DNA of 47,310 bases from a virus (Duplodnaviria; Heunggongvirae; Uroviricota; Caudoviricetes). A model generated the notes under the pieces. The model saw only the letters and a list, made by a program, of their open reading frames with translations, ran no database searches and was not told the origin of the DNA. Made by a program: the position numbers and the translations under genes. The stretch lies in the IMG/VR virus record IMGVR_UViG_2529292906_000014, positions 1-47,310 of that record; one strand, 5' to 3'. Within the stretch, counting starts at the first letter, position 1. Every line of letters begins with the position of its first letter. Shown piece after piece: positions 40,129 through 47,310 of the stretch.

Positions 40129-43100
40129 ATGGCAGTAAAGATTTCAGGTGTACTGAAAGACGGCACAGGAAAACCGGTACAGAACTGCACAATCCAGCTG
40201 AAAGCAAAACGTAACAGCACCACGGTGGTGGTGAACACGCTGGCCTCAGAAAATCCGGATGAAGCCGGGCGTTACAGCATGGACGTTGAGTACGGTCAGT
40301 ACAGCGTTATTCTGTTGGTGGAAGGATTCCCGCCGTCACATGCCGGGACCATCACCGTGTATGAAGATTCCCGACCCGGTACGCTGAATGATTTTCTCGG
40401 TGCCATGACGGAGGATGATGCCCGTCCGGAGGCACTGCACCATTTTGAACTGATGGTGGAAGAGGTGGCGCGTAACGCGTCCGCGGTGGCACAGAACACG
40501 GCAGCCGCGAAGAAGTCAGCCAGCGATGCCGGCACATCAGCCCGTGAGGCGGCAACCCATGCGACTGATGCTGCAGGCTCAGCACGTGCAGCCAGCACAT
40601 CAGCCGGGCAGGCCGAGACGTCGGCTCAGTCAGCGTCTTCCAGCGCAGGAACGGCATCAACAAAGGCTACTGAAGCATCAAAAAGTGCTGCCGCTGCAGA
40701 GTCCTCAAAAAGCGCGGCGGCTACCAGTGCTGGTGCGGCGAAAACGTCAGAAACGAATGCTGCAGCGTCACAAAAATCTGCAGCCACTTCTGCATCCACC
40801 GTGACCACGAAAGCGTCAGAAGCTGCCACCTCAGCCCGGGATGCGGCGGCCTCAAAAGAGGCAGCGAAATCATCAGAAACGAGCGCCGCCTCGAGCGCCA
40901 GCAGCGCAGCTTCCTCGGCAACGGCGGCAGCAAATTCTGCGAAGGCGGCAAAAACGTCCGAGACGAACGCCAGGTCTTCTGAAACGGCAGCGGGACAGAG
41001 CGCCTCAGCTGCGGCAGGCTCAAAAACAGCGGCTGCATTATCTGCCAGTGCCGCGTCAACAAGTGCCGGGCAGGCCTCAGCCAGTGCCACCGCCGCCGGA
41101 AAATCGGCAGAAAGTGCTGCATCGTCTGCTTCAACAGCCACAACGAATGCTGGCGAAGCCGCTGTACAGGCCAGCGCAGCAGCGAAGTCTGCTTCCGCAG
41201 CGAAGACATCCGAAACGAACGCGAAAGCGTCGGAAACCCGTGCAGAATCCTCAAAAACGGCAGCCGCATCGTCCGCCAGTTCGGCAGCGTCATCGGCATC
41301 ATCTGCGTCTGCTTCAAAAGATGAGGCGACCAGACAGGCGTCAGCAGCGAAGGGTAGCGCCACGACGGCATCCACGAAGGCGACAGAGGCAGCTGGCAGT
41401 GCGACGGCAGCAGCTCAGAGCAAAACTGCTGCTGAATCCGCTGCGACCCGTGCGGAAGCTGCTGCTGATCGTGCTGAAGAGATTGCCGGTGCAGTTGCGA
41501 TGGAAGACGCAAGCCTTACAACTAAAGGTGTTGTGAAACTTAGCAGTGCTGTCGATAGCACCAGCGAATCACTGGCTGCAACTCCAAAGGCAGTTAAAGC
41601 TGCGAATGACAATGCGAATAGCCGATTGGCGAAGAATCAGAATGGCGCTGATATCCCAGACAAGGGCCGCTTCCTGAGTAACATTAATGTTTACAGCAAA
41701 GGTGAAGTGGATAAGAAAAAGGGGAAGCGAAAATACACTTTCTCTGCTCCTGCAAATGCAGTAAGCGGTAAGTGGTATCCTGTAGTCTTTCGCCGAACTG
41801 GTGGTGGCACAGATGAATTAGCCTCACGAGTGGTTATCACCACTTATTCCTCAGCTGGCGGATACGCCATGAATAATTGTGAATTTAATGGGTTTGTTAT
41901 GCCTGGCGGTTGGTCTGATCGCGGTTCATATGCGGCTGGTTTTTTCTCAATATATTCTACTGCTGAGCGAGCTATACACTCGATTATCGCAAGCGTGAAA
42001 GATGATGATTTGTGTAGTGTATTTTACGTTGAGACAAGAGCATTCCCTATCCAGATTTTTGCTGAGGAAGGATTAAATGTGATTGTTCCAACGGCTGATT
42101 ATGCAGTTGGTCAAACCACTTATAAGTGGGGGGCAACTGATCCTTTATCAGAAAGTACGAATGCACAGATAATTTTGGACTTTAAAAATGGACGAGGTTA
42201 TTACTGTTCACATCCATTTATTTCAAGTCTTTCAGGAAATGCTGCTACAGCCACGAAATTGCAGACGGCAAGATCTATCGGTGGAGTTGTTTTCGACGGT
42301 TCTGCAAATATTAACCTTCCAGGTGTAAACACTACGGGTAATCAGAACACCACTGGTAATGCTGCAACTGCTACAAAACTTCAGACGGTAAGAAAAATAT
42401 CCGGTGTTCCATTTGATGGTTCTACTGATATCACTTTAACCGCTGCGCATGTTGCCGCTTTCGCAAGAAGGGCAACAGGGTCATATGCGGATGCTGATGG
42501 TGGCGTGCCGTGGAATGCTGAATCTGGTGCTTACAATGTAACTAGAACAGGCGACAGTTATATTCTTGCCAACTTTTATACCGGAGTCGGAAGTTGCCGG
42601 ACCCTGCAGATGAAGGCGCATTACAGAAATGGTGGTCTGTTCTACCGTTCTTCAAGAGACGGTTATGGTTTTGAGGAAGGCTGGGCAGAAGTTTATACCT
42701 CGAAAAATCTTCCACCAGAAAGCTACCCAGTCGGCGCACCAATCCCGTGGCCATCAGATACCGTTCCGTCTGGTTATGCCCTGATGCAGGGGCAGACTTT
42801 TGACAAATCTGCCTACCCGAAACTTGCAGCCGCTTATCCGTCAGGCGTGATCCCTGATATGCGTGGCTGGACGATTAAGGGCAAACCCGCCAGTGGTCGT
42901 GCCGTATTGTCTCAGGAACAGGACGGCATTAAATCGCACACCCACAGCGCCAGCGCATCCAGTACGGATTTGGGGACGAAAACCACATCATCGTTTGATT
43001 ACGGCACTAAATCCACGAATAACACTGGTGCACATACCCATAGTATTAGCGGGACAGCAAATAGTGCCGGTGCGCACCAACACAAGAGTTCCGGTGCATT

Positions 43101-43416
43101 TGGTGGCACGAACACGAGCATTTTCCCTAATGGTTATACCGCGATTTCAAATCTAAGCGCGGGGATTATGAGCACAACAAGCGGTAGTGGCCAGACTCGT
43201 AATGCAGGGAAGACATCATCAGATGGTGCTCATACCCACTCGCTGTCCGGCACTGCTGCAAGCGCAGGCGCACATGCACATACTGTCGGTATTGGTGCTC
43301 ATACGCACTCCGTTGCGATTGGTTCACATGGACACACCATCACCGTTAACGCTGCTGGTAACGCGGAAAACACCGTCAAAAACATCGCATTTAACTATAT
43401 TGTGAGGCTTGCATAA
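40129..43416 (+). CDS. stf: side tail fiber protein Stf
   Basis: 1095 aa from [26 protein letters not shown]; long Ala/Ser/Thr-rich repeat region; C-terminal GAHTHS/GAHAHT His-box repeats ending [11 protein letters not shown]. Confidence 0.9.
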   Translation: MAVKISGVLKDGTGKPVQNCTIQLKAKRNSTTVVVNTLASENPDEAGRYSMDVEYGQYSVILLVEGFPPSHAGTITVYEDSRPGTLNDFLGAMTEDDARPEALHHFELMVEEVARNASAVAQNTAAAKKSASDAGTSAREAATHATDAAGSARAASTSAGQAETSAQSASSSAGTASTKATEASKSAAAAESSKSAAATSAGAAKTSETNAAASQKSAATSASTVTTKASEAATSARDAAASKEAAKSSETSAASSASSAASSATAAANSAKAAKTSETNARSSETAAGQSASAAAGSKTAAALSASAASTSAGQASASATAAGKSAESAASSASTATTNAGEAAVQASAAAKSASAAKTSETNAKASETRAESSKTAAASSASSAASSASSASASKDEATRQASAAKGSATTASTKATEAAGSATAAAQSKTAAESAATRAEAAADRAEEIAGAVAMEDASLTTKGVVKLSSAVDSTSESLAATPKAVKAANDNANSRLAKNQNGADIPDKGRFLSNINVYSKGEVDKKKGKRKYTFSAPANAVSGKWYPVVFRRTGGGTDELASRVVITTYSSAGGYAMNNCEFNGFVMPGGWSDRGSYAAGFFSIYSTAERAIHSIIASVKDDDLCSVFYVETRAFPIQIFAEEGLNVIVPTADYAVGQTTYKWGATDPLSESTNAQIILDFKNGRGYYCSHPFISSLSGNAATATKLQTARSIGGVVFDGSANINLPGVNTTGNQNTTGNAATATKLQTVRKISGVPFDGSTDITLTAAHVAAFARRATGSYADADGGVPWNAESGAYNVTRTGDSYILANFYTGVGSCRTLQMKAHYRNGGLFYRSSRDGYGFEEGWAEVYTSKNLPPESYPVGAPIPWPSDTVPSGYALMQGQTFDKSAYPKLAAAYPSGVIPDMRGWTIKGKPASGRAVLSQEQDGIKSHTHSASASSTDLGTKTTSSFDYGTKSTNNTGAHTHSISGTANSAGAHQHKSSGAFGGTNTSIFPNGYTAISNLSAGIMSTTSGSGQTRNAGKTSSDGAHTHSLSGTAASAGAHAHTVGIGAHTHSVAIGSHGHTITVNAAGNAENTVKNIAFNYIVRLA

Positions 43417-44000
43417 TGGCATTCAGAATGAGTGAACAACCACGGACCATAACAATTTATAATCTGCTGGCCGGAACTAATGAATTTATTGGTGAAGGTG
43501 ACGCATATATTCCGCCTCATACAGGTCTGCCAGCAAACAGTACCGATATTGCACCGCCAGATATTCCGGCTGGCTTTGTGGCTGTTTTCAACAGTGATGA
43601 GGCATCGTGGCATCTCGTTGAAGACCATCGGGGTAAAACGGTCTATGACGTGGCTTCCGGCGACGCGTTATTTATTTCTGAACTCGGCTCATTACCGGAA
43701 AATGTCACCTGGTTATCCCCGGAAGGGGAGTTTCAGAAGTGGAACGGTACAGTCTGGGTGAAGGATACGGAAGCAGAAAAACTGTTCCGGATCCGGGAGG
43801 CGGAAGAAACAAAAAACAGCCTGATGCAGGTAGCCAGTGAGCATATAGCGCCGCTTCAGGATGCTGTAGATCTGGAGATTGCAACGGAAGAAGAGGCGTC
43901 GTTGCTGGAAGCCTGGAAGAAGTATCGGGTGTTGCTGAACCGTGTTGATACATCAACTGCACCTGATATTGAGTGGCCTGCTGTCCCTGTTATGGAGTAA
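43416..44000 (+). CDS. tfa: tail fiber assembly protein Tfa
   Basis: 194 aa; start overlaps the stf stop; lambda Tfa-like. Confidence 0.9.
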   Translation: MAFRMSEQPRTITIYNLLAGTNEFIGEGDAYIPPHTGLPANSTDIAPPDIPAGFVAVFNSDEASWHLVEDHRGKTVYDVASGDALFISELGSLPENVTWLSPEGEFQKWNGTVWVKDTEAEKLFRIREAEETKNSLMQVASEHIAPLQDAVDLEIATEEEASLLEAWKKYRVLLNRVDTSTAPDIEWPAVPVME

Positions 44001-44222
44001 TCGTTTTGTGATATGCCGCAGAAACGTTGTATGAAATAACGTTCTGCGGTTAGTATATTGTAAAGCTGAGTATTGGTTTATTTGGCGATTATTATCTTCA
44101 GGAGAATAATGGAAGTTCTATGACTCAATTGTTCATAGTGTTTACATCACCGCCAATTGCTTTTAAGACTGAACGCATGAAATATGGTTTTTCGTCATGT
44201 TTTGAGTCTGCTGTTGATATTT

Positions 44223-45354
44223 CTAAAGTCGGTTTTTTTCTTCGTTTTCTCTAACTATTTTCCATGAAATACATTTTTGATTATTATTTGAATCAATTCC
44301 AATTACCTGAAGTCTTTCATCTATAATTGGCATTGTATGTATTGGTTTATTGGAGTAGATGCTTGCTTTTCTGAGCCATAGCTCTGATATCCAAATGAAG
44401 CCATAGGCATTTGTTATTTTGGCTCTGTCAGCTGCATAACGCCAAAAAATATATTTATCTGCTTGATCTTCAAATGTTGTATTGATTAAATCAATTGGAT
44501 GGAATTGTTTATCATAAAAAATTAATGTTTGAATGTGATAACCGTCCTTTAAAAAAGTCGTTTCTGCAAGCTTGGCTGTATAGTCAACTAACTCTTCTGT
44601 CGAAGTGATATTTTTAGGCTTATCTACCAGTTTTAGACGCTCTTTAATATCTTCAGGAATTATTTTATTGTCATATTGTATCATGCTAAATGACAATTTG
44701 CTTATGGAGTAATCTTTTAATTTTAAATAAGTTATTCTCCTGGCTTCATCAAATAAAGAGTCGAATGATGTTGGCGAAATCACATCGTCACCCATTGGAT
44801 TGTTTATTTGTATGCCAAGAGAGTTACAGCAGTTATACATTCTGCCATAGATTATAGCTAAGGCATGTAATAATTCGTAATCTTTTAGCGTATTAGCGAC
44901 CCATCGTCTTTCTGATTTAATAATAGATGATTCAGTTAAATATGAAGGTAATTTCTTTTGTGCAAGTCTGACTAACTTTTTATACCAATGTTTAACATAC
45001 TTTCATTTGTAATAAACTCAATGTCATTTTCTTCAATGTAAGATGAAATAAGAGTAGCCTTTGCCTCGCTATACATTTCTAAATCGCCTTGTTTTTCTAT
45101 CGTATTGCGAGAATTTTTAGCCCAAGCCATTAATGGATCATTTTTCCATTTTTCAATAACATTATTGTTATACCAAATGTCATATCCTATAATCTGGTTT
45201 TTGTTTTTTGAATAATAAATGTTACTGTTCTTGCGGTTTGGAGGAATTGATTCAAATTCAAGCGGAATAATTCAGGGTCAAAATATGTATCAATGCAGCA
45301 TTTGAGCAAGTGCGATAAATCTTTAAGTCTTCTTTCCCATGGTTTTTTAGTCAT
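44223..45354 (-). pseudogene. AT-rich cargo gene of unknown function (about 375 codons), broken by two frameshifts at A/T homopolymers
   Basis: Minus-strand coding signal continues across three frames (45354-45187, 45186-44968, 44967-44223); shifts occur at AAAAACAAAAACC and GGTATAAAAAG; about 30% GC. Confidence 0.45.
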
Positions 45355-46135
45355 AAAACTCTCCATTTTGATAGGTTGCATGCTAGATGCTGATATATTT
45401 TAGAGGTGATAAAATTAACTGCTTAACTGTCAATGTAATACAAGTTGTTTGATCTTTGCAATGATTCTTATCAGAAACCATATAGTAAATTAGTTACACA
45501 GGAAATTTTTAATATTATTATTATCATTCATTATGTATTAAAATTAGAGTTGTGGCTTGGCTCTGCTAACACGTTGCTCATAGGAGATATGGTAGAGCCG
45601 CAGACACGTCGTATGCAGGAACGTGCTGCGGCTGGCTGGTGAACTTTCGATAGTGCGAGTATTGAATGATTTCCAACTGTTATCGATTTTGCGTATTTTT
45701 TGCATGAGAGGATTTTTACCTCCTCCCACCGATCCTCCATGGCTTTACGCCAGTGTCTCTGGTCTGCTATGTGCCAGGAGCAGCCATTGCTAAGTCCATC
45801 CTGTATTGTGCAGGTCAGCTCGTTTTTAAAGAGTCCGGCCATCATCTTACTGGTACAGACACCATATACTTTGTGACGGTCAGGCTACATATGCACAACT
45901 CAACTTATTCATCTATTTTTTGCTTTAGCATGTCAGTGTTGCTTTCTCGTCGGCGGGTGAGCGGTGACCTGACTTGTCGATAAAGGAACGTAGCACGTTT
46001 TATGCAACACCCGCATGCGGCAGAAAATTATTGCCGAACGTTTACCCCTGTCAACAAGCTTTACTTTCTGAGGCGCGCCAGCCCGCGAGGAAAACAATCT
46101 GAACATCAAACAATTAATGACACAAGAAATACGAT

Positions 46136-46162
46136 TAAAGATTTTTTTGTGCATGCCGATAG
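46136..46162 (+). promoter_or_regulatory. sigma-28 (FliA) class 3 promoter
   Basis: TAAAGATT, 11-bp spacer, GCCGATAG versus consensus TAAAGTTT-N11-GCCGATAA; AAGGAG RBS and ATG follow at 46186. Confidence 0.6.
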
Positions 46163-46185
46163 TGCTTTTTTAAAAGGAGAAATCT

Positions 46186-46518
46186 ATGTCTGTCACAATT
46201 CAGGGAAATACCTCAACCGTTATTTCAAACAACTCCGCCCCGGAAGGAACATCAGAAATAGCCAAAATCACAAGACAAATTCAGGTGCTGACTGAAAAGC
46301 TTGGGAAAATCTCATCGGAAGAGGGGATGACGACACAGCAGAAAAAAGAAATGGCTGCATTGGTACAGAAGCAAATTGAAAGCCTCAGGGCTCAACTGGA
46401 GCAGTTGTTAAGGCAGCAGGCAGAGAAAAAGAATGAAGACGCGACAGTTCAGCCTGATAAAAAAGAAGAGAAAAAAGACGATACAAATACCGCTGGCACC
46501 ATTGATATTTACGTCTAA
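46186..46518 (+). CDS. flxA: FlxA-like coiled-coil protein (FliA-regulated prophage cargo)
   Basis: 110 aa, low-complexity Lys/Glu/Gln-rich coiled coil; size and the sigma-28 promoter match flxA of the K-12 Qin prophage. Confidence 0.65.
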   Translation: MSVTIQGNTSTVISNNSAPEGTSEIAKITRQIQVLTEKLGKISSEEGMTTQQKKEMAALVQKQIESLRAQLEQLLRQQAEKKNEDATVQPDKKEEKKDDTNTAGTIDIYV

Positions 46519-46878
46519 GTGACAGCCGTATTGTGGCCCTCATCGGGCCACTTTTCGCCATCAGCCTTTTCTTTAAAGACATATTATCTTTGTATCATTT
46601 CTGATAGTTAACATTACAAGATATAAGTAATGGACGCACTCCCAATTAGTCTATTTAAATCGCCACGAGTTTAACTGACAACCCATGATCAATTATGAAT
46701 TGCAACTATTTCTGTAGTCACTTTTGTGGGGACAGTCCACAAAACTGCCAACTTCCGCTTCTTGCTCATAGCGGACCTTACAACCACCTGATTGGTCCGC
46801 TCCGTGTCAGGAGCGGATACCGTAAGCATTTTATCCTCTGGAGGGGCATCCCTTTCAAGAAATGCATCCGTTGTGGAT

Positions 46879-47310
46879 TTATGCAACACCTGAAGCTACT
46901 AACAAAGAACAATTTGTCTGACCAAAGGCATTTTTTAGCAGCGGGAAAAGAGGGGGAAGTTCCGTTAGCGATTTTAGAGGCTTGAGGCTCTTAAGTGATT
47001 TAAGTGATGGCAAATTAGGTGTGGTAACCATGTCTTTTACTGCACAGGCAACATAGCCATCGTGATCAATCAACATACCATTAGTAAACCAGCCTAAATG
47101 ATTCCCATTGAATCCATAAACATCAAACTCATTGTTCTGGTTATGTTTAAGGTAGGCGCTTGGTTCACCCTCCCAACTATATAAAGTCAACTCGTCATCA
47201 AGTGAAATATAAACGACGGCGTTGCCTTGATTATCATATAGATCTAGGTCATTACTCGCAGTAACACAAGCTGAGAAAAGAAACATAACTAGCACGAGTG
47301 ATTTTTTCAT
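46879..47310 (-). CDS. putative secreted protein or lipoprotein; start at window edge, 3' extent uncertain
   Basis: N-terminus MKKSLVLVMFLFSACVTAS (signal peptide with a Cys at a lipobox-like position); C-terminal part reads through simple repeats (KSLKSLKPLKSL). Confidence 0.4.
   Translation of the reverse strand: MKKSLVLVMFLFSACVTASNDLDLYDNQGNAVVYISLDDELTLYSWEGEPSAYLKHNQNNEFDVYGFNGNHLGWFTNGMLIDHDGYVACAVKDMVTTPNLPSLKSLKSLKPLKSLTELPPLFPLLKNAFGQTNCSLLVASGVA

Larger units (their letters stand above)
1400..47310. mobile_element. lambdoid prophage integrated at thrW; left junction overlaps the tRNA 3' end, right boundary not found in window
   Basis: Continuous phage gene order from integrase at 1459 to tail fiber assembly gene at 44000 plus cargo genes; no second copy of the thrW 3' end seen. 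Confidence 0.8.

Noticed and set aside
40296-41612. Several long ORFs (up to 263 aa) on both strands within the stf repeat region
   Set aside because: Produced by the Ala/Ser-rich codon repeats of stf, giving Ala- or Arg/Gln-rich low-complexity translations in alternative frames
46689-46985. Overlapping 66-aa and 96-aa ORFs after flxA
   Set aside because: Both lie in hairpin and repeat-containing sequence, lack RBS, and have implausible Cys/His-rich or mixed composition
44001-47310. Search for attR (second copy of the thrW 3' end)
   Set aside because: No match to the 3' tRNA sequence (…GTTCGACTCCTATTATCGGCACCA) seen in the cargo region or elsewhere by eye; right boundary left undefined
1-47310. 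CRISPR arrays or other rRNA/tRNA genes
   Set aside because: No regularly spaced direct repeats with unique spacers and no tRNA-like sequence other than thrW were seen; the iterons and tail fiber repeats are coding

Overview
The window is an Escherichia coli-type chromosomal segment: the proA gene and the tRNA-Thr gene thrW, followed by a mosaic lambdoid prophage integrated at thrW that fills the rest of the window (about 46 kb). Identifications rest on reading the translated ORFs and motifs by eye; no database search was run. Gene order from the left: P22-type integrase and excisionase, an early-left block resembling the CPS-53/KplE1 yfdT-yfdP genes, a cI/cro immunity region, a replication gene with internal iterons, a Dam-like methylase, RusA, a KilA-N protein, a DUF968 protein and antiterminator Q. 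After Q come an antisense NYN-nuclease gene, a second methyltransferase, a phage-21-type lysis cassette whose pinholin gene is split by an IS629-like element, a cos site, terminase and head genes, and a near-lambda tail module (Z, U, V, G/T, H, M, L, K, I, J, lom, stf, tfa). The strongest candidate for an undescribed system is a two-gene cassette (18944-20655) between Rz/Rz1 and cos, with an AT-rich 430-aa product in which I recognise no family or catalytic motif. Other points of interest are the NYN locus, a 690-bp ORF-free leader upstream of the early-left operon with no N gene, a frameshifted tape-measure gene, and an AT-rich disrupted cargo gene after tfa. The prophage looks defective, but three frameshifts sit in A/T homopolymers and could be sequencing errors. 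No attR copy of thrW was found, so the right prophage boundary is not defined within the window.
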